Source: Archangiaceae bacterium (GTDB lineage Bacteria; Myxococcota; Myxococcia; Myxococcales; Myxococcaceae). From it: DNA of 53,372 nucleotides. The position numbers and the translations under genes are program-made. How positions within the stretch are numbered: the stretch's first letter is position 1; every line of letters starts with the position of its first letter. The notes beneath the pieces were generated by a model that saw nothing but the letters and a program-made list of their open reading frames with translations, was not told where the DNA came from and did no database searches. The DNA is taken from assembly GCA_043750125.1 (NCBI GenBank), contig JAYVCD010000028.1, positions 1-53,372 of the forward strand. The letters are read 5' to 3'. Below, one piece after another: positions 36,713 to 45,260 of this stretch.

Positions 36713-37981
36713 ATGTCGACCACCCACGCCGTCATCCAAATGCACCAGCGCGAAATCTTCGAGAGCAACGTCGCTCGAGCCCTCGCGGCAGGCGCTTCGG
36801 CCGGAGCGCTGGCTCTGCTCACGGCCCGTATGGGTGCTCCGGTGCCGCTGTCATTCCTGGCAATCGCCGGAACCTCGCTTGCTGCAGTTCGGGGAGACAA
36901 GCTCGACAAGCTTCTTCTCGCCGGCCTTTCCGTGGCGTTGTGCGCAGCGCCCTGGCTGTTCGGGCTCTCGATGGCATGGACGATTGCGCTGTCAGGCGCT
37001 GCGGCGGGGGCGCTGATGGTGAAGTCCCGACTGTGCGAGCGCGGCGAAGAAGGTCTGGTCGCCACCAGCCGGCCCGGAATGCTCAACTATTTTGTCGCTT
37101 CGATTGCGACCGGAGGGCTGGCGGTGGCGGGCTTCGAAGTCACCCGGGTGCTCGGCGCGCGAATGGCGGACTTTCAGACCCCGCCCCTGTTGGTGGTGCT
37201 GATCACCGGCCTGGTGATGGCCCTGTTCACGTCCATCGGAGGCATGGCAGCCCACCTGGCGTTGAAGGCCGACCCGGTCGAGGCCCGCTGCGAAGAGCTC
37301 ATTCCGCAGCTGACCGGTGAGTTTCAGACGCAGGCGCAGCGCGCGCTGACGCTCTACCGGGCGTGCGGCCAGTCGCTGCAGGCGCTGCCCCGCGAGCCGG
37401 CCCGCGAAGAGCTCGCGAGGACGCTGCAGAAGCTGACCCGGGAAGCAGTCGAGCTCGCGGCGCAGTGGGCGGGGGTCGAGACCCAACTGCAGGACGACAC
37501 CCAAAGAGAGCTGGCGCGGGAAGTGGCCGATCTGAACAAGAGCGCCAACGAAGCCAAAGACCCCATCGCCCGCCGGCAACTGCAGATGGCCGCCGCCTCA
37601 TTGAAGGAAGAGATCGATCGATTTGCCGAGCTTCAGGTCAAACGCGAACGGATCCTCGCCAAGCTGAAGTCCCAGGTCGCGCTGCTCGAGCGCGCCCGCG
37701 TGGCGCTGATTGGCATGCGCAGCGGGCACGCGCAAATCAAGGCGGCCGAACTGAGCGCCTTGTCGAGGAAGTTCAACGCCCTCGCCGGTGCACAGGCCGA
37801 TGAGGCGAAGCTGGCCCATGAGGTCGCGACCGGCAGCGAGCTGGCCACGCAGGAAGCCGAGCTGCGACTGGCGGTCAAGGTGGCTGAGGGAATCGTGGGA
37901 GCGCCGATTTCTCCCATTGCAGCAACGGAAGGCGATGAAGCCGATCTTGCGGGCAGCTCGAGTCAGAGCGTCAAGCACTGA
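36713..37981 (+). CDS. Membrane protein with multi-TM N-terminus and long coiled-coil C-terminus
   Basis: About 6 hydrophobic segments followed by a heptad-rich helical region; GAGG RBS. Confidence 0.75.
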   Translation: MSTTHAVIQMHQREIFESNVARALAAGASAGALALLTARMGAPVPLSFLAIAGTSLAAVRGDKLDKLLLAGLSVALCAAPWLFGLSMAWTIALSGAAAGALMVKSRLCERGEEGLVATSRPGMLNYFVASIATGGLAVAGFEVTRVLGARMADFQTPPLLVVLITGLVMALFTSIGGMAAHLALKADPVEARCEELIPQLTGEFQTQAQRALTLYRACGQSLQALPREPAREELARTLQKLTREAVELAAQWAGVETQLQDDTQRELAREVADLNKSANEAKDPIARRQLQMAAASLKEEIDRFAELQVKRERILAKLKSQVALLERARVALIGMRSGHAQIKAAELSALSRKFNALAGAQADEAKLAHEVATGSELATQEAELRLAVKVAEGIVGAPISPIAATEGDEADLAGSSSQSVKH

Positions 37982-38034
37982 AAATGCACTTCATCGACGA
38001 GGACATTTCTTCCCCACGCTACGGTGCGTCGCCC

Positions 38035-38526
38035 GTGAGCCACGCCAAAAAGAAGAAGCTGATCGCGCATCTGATTACCCACGTCCAGGCCGAGATGGCG
38101 ACGATGCGGAAGGCAGCGCTCGACGCTGCAGAAGGCGCGACTCATGCCGAAGCCAAACCCGAAAACGACAAAGACACCCGGGCGATCGAAGCTTCCTACC
38201 TGGCGGCAGGTCAGGCGGCTCGGTTTCGCCAGCTCGAAGTTTCGTTGAAGGTGCTCACCGGGCTGGACCTGCTCGAGCTTCCGAAGACCGCCCCCATCAC
38301 CGCCACGGCAGTGGTCACACTGGAAGACGAAGAGGGGGAGCACAGCTCGTTTTTGCTGTTGCCGTCGTTTGGTGGGGTGGTGCTCGAGCTCGAGGGCAAC
38401 AAAATACAAGTGGTCACCCCACCCTCGCCCCTGGGCACTGCGCTGCTTGGCCGCACTCGGGGCGAAGTCATCGAGCTGAAGGTCAAGTCCGGACGGCGAG
38501 AGCTGACGATCGTCGACGTCTGGTGA
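38035..38526 (+). CDS. GreA/GreB-like protein (atypical)
   Basis: N-terminal coiled hairpin with ENDKDTRAIEASYLA; C-terminal VVTPPSPLGTALLGRTRGE. Start 38035 (alternative 37984). Confidence 0.8.
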   Translation: MSHAKKKKLIAHLITHVQAEMATMRKAALDAAEGATHAEAKPENDKDTRAIEASYLAAGQAARFRQLEVSLKVLTGLDLLELPKTAPITATAVVTLEDEEGEHSSFLLLPSFGGVVLELEGNKIQVVTPPSPLGTALLGRTRGEVIELKVKSGRRELTIVDVW

Positions 38527-38532
38527 AGAGGT

Positions 38533-39093
38533 TTACGGCGTAACCTCGATTCCCATCGTCCCGTCCAGCTTCACCGCGCTGCCGATCTTGATCCCCGTTT
38601 TCTCGGCCCAGCCGCCGGGCACTTCGAGCACATACATCGAGGGGGTGGCGACTCCCCGAGAGCTCATCGTCTTCGGCTCGGCTTTGCTCACGATTCCGGT
38701 GACCTTCAAATCTTTTCCGATGAAGATCATGTCCAGGGGGATCAGCGTGTTCCGCATCCAGAAGCTCAGCGGCTGCTCGACGGGAAAGAGGAACAGCATT
38801 CCCTTCCCGTCCTCCAGTGAGGTACGCCACATCATGCCGCGGGTGCGCATCACTGCGTTCGGAGCAACTTCCACCTCGACGACATGGGTCCCTTTGAACG
38901 CGTCGGTCAAAGTGACCTTCGCCATCGGCATCGAGGGCATGACGTAGTCTTCGGCGGCAGGGTCCTGCTGGACGGCCTTGACTGCCTGCGCCGGCGGCTG
39001 CTTCGCGACAGGCGCAGCCGGCAAACGGGCCTCGGACGTACAGGCCACCATCGCCAGGAACAACACCCACCCACTCAGCCGTGCCTTCCTCAC
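38533..39093 (-). CDS. DUF192 family protein, probable lipoprotein
   Basis: VEVA...RTRGMMWR, GMLFLF, FWMRNTLIPLDMIFI, YVLEVPGG; leader ending MVAC; GTGA overlap with the PilZ gene. Confidence 0.88.
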   Translation of the reverse strand: MRKARLSGWVLFLAMVACTSEARLPAAPVAKQPPAQAVKAVQQDPAAEDYVMPSMPMAKVTLTDAFKGTHVVEVEVAPNAVMRTRGMMWRTSLEDGKGMLFLFPVEQPLSFWMRNTLIPLDMIFIGKDLKVTGIVSKAEPKTMSSRGVATPSMYVLEVPGGWAEKTGIKIGSAVKLDGTMGIEVTP

Positions 39094-39482
39094 GATTTCA
39101 TCGGCTTGTTGAGTAGCTTGCCGGTCAGCTCGGAACCGAGGCTCTGCGCCATCAGCTCTTCGACCACCGACTCGAAGTCGCTGCGCTGATGATCGTTGGT
39201 GTAGATGAAACGGATCCCCATGCCCGGCTCTTCGCCTTCGGTCTGGCTCCACACCACCTCACCCAGCAGCTCGAACGGCGCCTCACGCTGAGGAACGGTG
39301 AGCTTGAACAGAAAGCGGGTGCCGATGGGCAGCGGCTTCTTGGTCTTGATGAAGGTGCCACCTTTGCTGATGTTCTTCGTGTAATCGGCGAAGAAAGAGT
39401 TCAGCTTTTTGTAATCGACCTTCAGCTCGATCGGCGCGCGGCCTGCCTGCCGTCCCTCGATGCCAGCTTTGGTTTCCGCCAT
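39090..39482 (-). CDS. Single-domain PilZ protein (TIGR02266 type; PlpA-like by context)
   Basis: RQAGR (RxxxR), NISKGG, TFIKT..PLPIG, GEVVW, GMGIRF; ATG at 39482. Confidence 0.9.
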   Translation of the reverse strand: MAETKAGIEGRQAGRAPIELKVDYKKLNSFFADYTKNISKGGTFIKTKKPLPIGTRFLFKLTVPQREAPFELLGEVVWSQTEGEEPGMGIRFIYTNDHQRSDFESVVEELMAQSLGSELTGKLLNKPMKS

Positions 39483-39503
39483 CTGGCAAGTATAGGGGCG
39501 ACG

Positions 39504-41861
39504 ATGGCGCAAGTGTTGATCCGCACGGGCTCTGTCTTTCGGCGCATTCCGGTTGCGCTGACCTGGCTGTTGCTGGCGGGGGCCGGCGCCGCGCTGGTGG
39601 CGCTGCCGCTGTTCGGCCTTCCGGGGTACGAGTTGTCGGCAGCGCTCGCACTGGGCCAGGGGCTGCTGGGTGGCATCGCGGGGATTGCCGCCGCCCGACT
39701 GGAACGGCGACTGATTCGGTCGATTGACCCCCGGCCGAGGAATGCAAAGCGGTTCGATTCGGCGCTGACTTCCACGCTCAATGCGGGCGCCGCTGCTTGC
39801 CTGGTGAACTTCTCTGCCCTGGTCCCCCCGCTGCTGGCCTCCGTGCTGTATGCGCTCAGCTCGACCCGGTGCAACCCGTTTAGTCACATCGGCTTCTTTC
39901 CGCTGCTGACGATTCCCTCGGCCATCCTCTCGGGTACTGTCGGAGTCTTCGTGGGTTTCGCAACCCGGCGGGTGTGGACCGCGAGCGTGTTGTATTTCGC
40001 CATTCTGCTCAGCTCGCTGGCGGTCACGGTGCCTCCGATTCTCTTCGGGCCGCAGGTCTTCGCCTTCAACCACCTGCTCGGCTACGTGCCCGGCCCGCTG
40101 TACGACGAAGCGCTGTCAGTCACTTCTGCGCTGGGGTGGTTCCGGCTCGAGACCCTGCTGCTCGCAATGACCGTCATCGTTTGGCCGGCGCTGATGCTCG
40201 ACATGAAGTCGGGCTCGCTCACCCGTCCGCACCTGCGGCCCGGGGCGGCGCTGCTGCTGGTCGGGCTGATCGCGGCGATTGTCACCCTTGAAGAACGCGG
40301 CCCACAGCTGGGCACCCGGATGAACGACGCAGTGCTGGAAGAGAAGCTGGGCGGCAAGCGCGAGAGCGAGCACTTCGTGCTCCACCACCCGCGCGGGAAG
40401 CCCAAAGACGAGCTCGACCGCCTGGTGCGGGACCTCGAGTTCCGTCACGCGCAAATTTCGGACTTTCTGGGCGGATCTCCGCCGGGAAAGGTTCACGTCT
40501 GGTGGTATCGATCGGCGCAGGAAAAACAGGCTTTGGTCGGCGCCGGTGGCACCCAGTTTGCCAAGCCCTGGCGGCGCGAGGTGCACGTCAACGAAGCACC
40601 CTTTCCCCACCCGGTGCTCAAGCACGAGCTGGTGCATGCGATGGCCGCTCCGTTTGGATCCGCTCCCTTCGGAGTGACCGCGACCCTGGGGGGGCTGCTG
40701 GCCAACGCAGGCATCATCGAAGGCCTCGCGGTGGCGGCCGACGATCCGGTCGATGATTTGACGCTCCACGAGTGGGCGGCAGGAATGAAGCAACAAAAGT
40801 TGCTGCCCGACGTGCGCCAGCTGCTTGCCCCCACGGGCTTCTACGCCGCGCCGGCGTCCCGCGCGTACACCGCCGCGGGCAGCTTCATCCGATGGCTGGG
40901 GCAGACCCACGGCGGCGAGAAGCTCAGGGCGCTCTATGCTCGAGGTGATTTTTCCAATGTCTATGGGCAGTCGCTCGATTCTCTGGCGTCCGAGTGGGAA
41001 AAATCGCTGGACGCCCTGCCGCTGGAACCCTCGGCCATCAATCAGGCGTTCGGTCGGTTTCGTCGCGGCAGCCTCTTCGCCCGACCCTGCGCGCGCGAAG
41101 TGGCCCGGCTGTCGAACGAGGCGGCCGAGCTGCTGCAGAGCGCCCCCGACGAAGCCGTGGCGCGCTACCAGCGGTGCGCCCAGCTTCAACCCGACGAGCC
41201 GGGGTATGCGCTGGCGCAAGCCAATGCGCTGCAGAAGAGCGGCCGCAAAGCAGAGGCGGGGGACGTGCTGGCAACGCTTTGGCTCACCGTCAAAGATCAG
41301 CCCGGGCCGGCCGCAGAAGTGGCGATGGCGCGAGGAGATCTCGCCTGGGCCCGTGGCAAGCCCACCGAGGCGCGCACCTACTTCACTTCGATTCTCACTC
41401 TTGACCCGGCGCCCGCGATGGACCGCACCGCGCGGGTGAAGCTGGCCGCGCTCGAAAACCCGGAAGCCGGCAAGGCGTTGTGGAGCTACTTCAAGCCCGG
41501 CGGAGAAGACGTGAAGTTATTGGTGCTGCGCGAGGCGCTCAAGGGCAGCCCGTCGGATGTCTTCTTGAGCTACCTGCTCGGTCGCCGCCTCGCGCAAGGC
41601 AGCGCGCCCGCGCTCGCGTTGCCCTACCTCGCAGCGGCGCTCGTTCCGGCCACGTTGCCCGAGAGCATTCGCAAAGAGACCTTGCGGCTACAGCTCGAGG
41701 CACTCTTTCTTTCCGGCGACTGTGCCGGCGTCAAAGACGCGGTGGGAAAGCTGCCTTCGTTCTCGACCGCGTTCACCGTGCGCGCCAAAGAGTGGGAAGC
41801 CCGGTGCGCTTTCGAGCAGCGCGCATTCGGGGGCCCACTGCGGGGTGACGACGGCGGTTGA
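39504..41861 (+). CDS. Multi-TM membrane protein with HEXXH (gluzincin-like) peptidase domain and TPRs
   Basis: About 7-8 TM segments, LKHELVH...IIEGLA, then TPR-like helices; start approximate. Confidence 0.78.
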   Translation: MAQVLIRTGSVFRRIPVALTWLLLAGAGAALVALPLFGLPGYELSAALALGQGLLGGIAGIAAARLERRLIRSIDPRPRNAKRFDSALTSTLNAGAAACLVNFSALVPPLLASVLYALSSTRCNPFSHIGFFPLLTIPSAILSGTVGVFVGFATRRVWTASVLYFAILLSSLAVTVPPILFGPQVFAFNHLLGYVPGPLYDEALSVTSALGWFRLETLLLAMTVIVWPALMLDMKSGSLTRPHLRPGAALLLVGLIAAIVTLEERGPQLGTRMNDAVLEEKLGGKRESEHFVLHHPRGKPKDELDRLVRDLEFRHAQISDFLGGSPPGKVHVWWYRSAQEKQALVGAGGTQFAKPWRREVHVNEAPFPHPVLKHELVHAMAAPFGSAPFGVTATLGGLLANAGIIEGLAVAADDPVDDLTLHEWAAGMKQQKLLPDVRQLLAPTGFYAAPASRAYTAAGSFIRWLGQTHGGEKLRALYARGDFSNVYGQSLDSLASEWEKSLDALPLEPSAINQAFGRFRRGSLFARPCAREVARLSNEAAELLQSAPDEAVARYQRCAQLQPDEPGYALAQANALQKSGRKAEAGDVLATLWLTVKDQPGPAAEVAMARGDLAWARGKPTEARTYFTSILTLDPAPAMDRTARVKLAALENPEAGKALWSYFKPGGEDVKLLVLREALKGSPSDVFLSYLLGRRLAQGSAPALALPYLAAALVPATLPESIRKETLRLQLEALFLSGDCAGVKDAVGKLPSFSTAFTVRAKEWEARCAFEQRAFGGPLRGDDGG

Positions 41862-41911
41862 GCTTCCAGTCGCTGGCACCTGAGCAACCTTTGCGCTAAC
41901 AGCGCCGCCCC

Positions 41912-42439
41912 ATGCACTTCGAAGCGCGTCAGCGAATCAATGGAACCGTGGCCGAAGTCGAAGCCGCACTCACCGATGAGAAGTATCTCGACTTCCTGCT
42001 CAAGCACCACGGAGTGCTTCTGGAAGTCGCTCTGATCGAAAAGAAGGACGACGGGGTTCGCATTGAACGCAAGGTCCGCTATCGCCCCAAGCCGGTGATT
42101 GAATCCATCGGTCCGAAAAAAGTGCCGCCCGAGTTCTTTGCGTTCATCGAGACCTCGACCTGGGACCGGACGAAGAAAGAACTGAAGTTCGTCAATGTCC
42201 CGACCAGCAACAAGATCAGCTCGATGATGGAAAACACGGGCGTCCTGCGCCTGCGCGAAGCGGGTGGACAGTGCGAAATCACGATGGACGGTGAAATCAA
42301 GCTGAAGCTGCCCTTCTTCTTGAAGCCACTGGCGATGGTGGGCGAAGCGGTGATTCAGCGCGAAGGCCTGAAGATCTTCGACGCTCAGTTGCCGGTGCTC
42401 AACCGCTACGTTTCCGAGGTCATTCGCGCGCCGAAGTGA
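41912..42439 (+). CDS. DUF2505/SRPBCC-like protein
   Basis: MHFEARQ..., EITMDGEIKLKLP..VGEAVI strand/helix pattern. Confidence 0.6.
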   Translation: MHFEARQRINGTVAEVEAALTDEKYLDFLLKHHGVLLEVALIEKKDDGVRIERKVRYRPKPVIESIGPKKVPPEFFAFIETSTWDRTKKELKFVNVPTSNKISSMMENTGVLRLREAGGQCEITMDGEIKLKLPFFLKPLAMVGEAVIQREGLKIFDAQLPVLNRYVSEVIRAPK

Positions 42440-42482
42440 TGGCCCGGAAATGCCGACACTCTTCACCCTGTTGGAATCACAC

Positions 42483-42959
42483 ATGAAAACGACGATCGCC
42501 GTGCTGGTGCTCTCGCTGCTTGCCGGTTGTTCCGCGAAAAAAATTCCCGGGACGGAGATCGACGACACCGACGACACCCGGATCATTCTCTCGGTGATGG
42601 AGCAATACCGGAAGGCCGTCGAGACCAGGAACGCCCAGACGATTCTCGACCTGTCGGACCCGAGCTTCAAAGACGACGGGGGCAGCGCAGCTCCGGAGGA
42701 CGACCTCGAGTACAGCCAGCTGTTCACCGTGCTTCCCGCTCGGTTGTCGAAGATGGACGACATCAAGCTCGAGATCGCGGTGCGAAAAATCGAGGTCGAC
42801 AAAGAGGTCGGCACCGCGCGAGCGACTTACACCTACAACGCCAGCTTCAAGCTGCCCGGCCTGAACTCGAAGGCGCAGAGCGAATCGGAAATCAAACAGA
42901 TGACCTTCACCCTGGCCGACAAGTCGAAGCGGCTGTGGAAAATCACCTCGGGAATCTAA
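42483..42959 (+). CDS. Lipoprotein, NTF2/SnoaL-like fold
   Basis: MKTT + lipobox LLAGC; IPGTEIDDT, YRKAVE, C-terminal WKITSGI. Confidence 0.75.
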   Translation: MKTTIAVLVLSLLAGCSAKKIPGTEIDDTDDTRIILSVMEQYRKAVETRNAQTILDLSDPSFKDDGGSAAPEDDLEYSQLFTVLPARLSKMDDIKLEIAVRKIEVDKEVGTARATYTYNASFKLPGLNSKAQSESEIKQMTFTLADKSKRLWKITSGI

Positions 42960-43597
42960 TGGAACCGCTCACCCTCTACGTCGACGGGTTCTGGATCAGC
43001 CCCTACGCGCTCAGTGCCTTCGTCGCGCTCGAAGAGAAGGGCCTTCCCTATGCGGTGAGGGAACTGAAGCTGAACAAGAAAGAGCACCACCAGGGTCAGT
43101 ACCTCGCCCACACGGGACGCGTTCCCGCGCTTCAACACGGCGACTACTGGTTGGCCGAGTCGTCGGCGATCTGCGAGTACCTCGCCGAGACTTTTCCGTT
43201 TCCCAAGCACCCCCGCCTGTTCCCGGAAGACCTTCGTCAGCGCGGAATCTGCCGTGAAGTGCAGGCGTGGCTGCGGTCGGACCTGATGGCGATTCGCGAG
43301 GAACGATCGACCCACACCGTCTGGTACGAGCACACCCGCCAGCCCCTGTCCGACGACGGCAAGCGCGCCGCCGAACGCCTGGTTGGAATCGCCGAGCGGT
43401 TGATTCCCGAAGGAAACACCAGCCTCTTTGGTCCCTGGTGTATCGCCGATACGGACCTGGCGATGATGCTGCAACGACTCAATCTGAACGGCGACCCGAT
43501 GCCCGCAAAGCTCAAGGCGTTCGCCGAGGCCCAGTGGAAGCGGCCCAGTGTCGTCAAGTGGAACGAGCGCGTGCGACTTCCCTACGAGAAGTACTAG
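42959..43597 (+). CDS. yfcF: Glutathione S-transferase, YfcF type
   Basis: SPYALSAFVALEEKGL, RVPAL, LAESSAICEYL, QAWLRSDLMAIREERST, LFGPWCIADTDLA; TAATG overlap. Confidence 0.88.
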   Translation: MEPLTLYVDGFWISPYALSAFVALEEKGLPYAVRELKLNKKEHHQGQYLAHTGRVPALQHGDYWLAESSAICEYLAETFPFPKHPRLFPEDLRQRGICREVQAWLRSDLMAIREERSTHTVWYEHTRQPLSDDGKRAAERLVGIAERLIPEGNTSLFGPWCIADTDLAMMLQRLNLNGDPMPAKLKAFAEAQWKRPSVVKWNERVRLPYEKY

Positions 43598-43604
43598 CGG
43601 TTCG

Positions 43605-43633
43605 TTGACACTCTGATTTGGGCGCCGCTATAT
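43605..43633 (+). promoter_or_regulatory. Candidate sigma70-type promoter
   Basis: TTGACA-N17-CTATAT upstream of a GGGAG RBS and ATG 43661. Confidence 0.55.
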
Positions 43634-43660
43634 CGGCCCGCTTTCACACAGGGAGTCGTA

Positions 43661-45247
43661 ATGGCGGCCGAGCAGACGAAGGAATCGAGCGACTGGAAGA
43701 AGAAAGAGAGCCTCGGCTCTGCCGTTCTCCAGATTGGCCTGGTCGCAGCGGTGCTCGGTGGGGCCGTCTATTTCTTCTATCAGCGCGGCACGGTGAAGAA
43801 AGAAGTCGGCGAAAAGATGACGACCGCCCGACTGGTCGCCATTCGCAACAACCCGGTCGACATCTATGCCGCGCTCAAGCAGGCGGACGAGATCCTCGCG
43901 ATTGACGCTGCGTCGGCCGACGGGTTGGCGTTTGCTGCCGCGCTGCACACCGAACTGTGGACGGTGCACAAGGTGGCTGGAGAAGAGGCGAAGGCCAAAG
44001 AGCTGCTCGTCCGGGCCGAGAAAGCGGACGACCGGAACCGCGAAGATCGCCACGCGAGCAAGGCGTTGCTGATGATCTCGGAAGGGAAATTCGCCGAGGC
44101 CGAGGCGTATATCGACGACCTGCGAAAGCGCGGTGGCGCAAGCCCCCGGTTGTTCTTCGCCCAGGCACTTGCCCTTCAGGCAGAAGGCAACCTGAAGCTG
44201 GCCCGCGCCGGCTTCATCTCGGCCGCCGACAAGGCCTGGAAAGATCCCTCGTATACGACCGGGTTTGGCGAAGCGAACCTGGCCGAAGGGTTGTTTCCTC
44301 AAGCCGCCGACGCGTTCAACAAGGCGCTGGCTGCAAACCCAGAGCACCTGCGGGCTCGTCTGGGATCTGCGCTCACCAAGACCTTCCGGGGAATCAACGT
44401 CAAGGACGCGCAAGACCTGGTGAACGAGCTGGCGGCGGCGGAGCTCACTCCGGCGCTGAAGGCTCGCCGGCTGACGGTGGTGGCCGAGCTGGCAAACATC
44501 GAGGCCCGCTACGACGATGCGATCAAAGCGGCCGACGAGGCGATTGCGGCCAACCCGAGCGACGCCTGGGCTGAGTTCGCCAAGGCCCGGGCGCTGGGCC
44601 TGAAGAAAGACCCGAAGGCGGCCGCGGCGTTCGATGCGGTGCTGGTGAAGAACAAGGTCGCTCCGCTGTTCTACTTCGATGGTGCTTCGCTGCTTCAGCA
44701 GTCGGGCAGCCTCGATGCGGCGATCGCCCTGCTCGACAAGTACGAGGCCCAGTTCAAGAACGTGAAGTTCACCGACTCGACCGGCAAGGAAGAGACGTAC
44801 ATCGGCCGCGATGACCGGTACTGGCTGGCCCGGGGCGATGTGTTGCTCGCCGCGAAGAAGCCGGACGACGCGATGGCGGCCTACGACAAGGCGATCGCCG
44901 CCAAGAGCATCAACCAGGTCCGCGCCAATTATTCGAAGGCGGCGTTGCTGGTGGCGCGAAAGGAGTACGACAAGGCGGCCGAGTTGCTGGTCGACATCAC
45001 GCCTCCGGACGGCACCGGCGTGCTCGCTGAAGCGTACGTGGCGATGGGGCAGATTCAGTTCGCCAAGACCGATTATGCGCCGGGCTGCCAGAGCTTCGCG
45101 TTCGCGCTCACCCGGATGAAGATGATGCAGGCCCCGCGCGAGCAGCTCAACGCTTTGCTCGACGATGTCTCGAAGAAGCTGGTCGCGGCCAAGCAGAAAG
45201 AAATTGCGAAGGCCTGGAAGGAAGAAGCGACCAAGCTGATTCAGTGA
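43661..45247 (+). CDS. Single-TM anchored TPR protein
   Basis: N-terminal TM (IGLVAAVLGGAVYFFY) and many TPR-like repeats (AFNKALAANP, AYDKAIAA). Confidence 0.85.
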   Translation: MAAEQTKESSDWKKKESLGSAVLQIGLVAAVLGGAVYFFYQRGTVKKEVGEKMTTARLVAIRNNPVDIYAALKQADEILAIDAASADGLAFAAALHTELWTVHKVAGEEAKAKELLVRAEKADDRNREDRHASKALLMISEGKFAEAEAYIDDLRKRGGASPRLFFAQALALQAEGNLKLARAGFISAADKAWKDPSYTTGFGEANLAEGLFPQAADAFNKALAANPEHLRARLGSALTKTFRGINVKDAQDLVNELAAAELTPALKARRLTVVAELANIEARYDDAIKAADEAIAANPSDAWAEFAKARALGLKKDPKAAAAFDAVLVKNKVAPLFYFDGASLLQQSGSLDAAIALLDKYEAQFKNVKFTDSTGKEETYIGRDDRYWLARGDVLLAAKKPDDAMAAYDKAIAAKSINQVRANYSKAALLVARKEYDKAAELLVDITPPDGTGVLAEAYVAMGQIQFAKTDYAPGCQSFAFALTRMKMMQAPREQLNALLDDVSKKLVAAKQKEIAKAWKEEATKLIQ

Positions 45248-45260
45248 GTTGACGCGGCTT

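Noticed and set aside
39483..40073. Long N-terminal extension of the PilZ ORF (and the 39189 start of the opposite ORF)
   Set aside because: The two extensions overlap genuine genes on the opposite strand; starts at 39482 and about 39504 fit better.
42527..42958. N-terminal extension on the GST ORF
   Set aside because: Overlaps the lipoprotein gene; the GST starts at the TAATG overlap at 42959.
43642..43656. TTTCACACAGGGAG resembling the lacZ leader or vector sequence
   Set aside because: Short match only, no lac operator, and it serves as the native RBS region.
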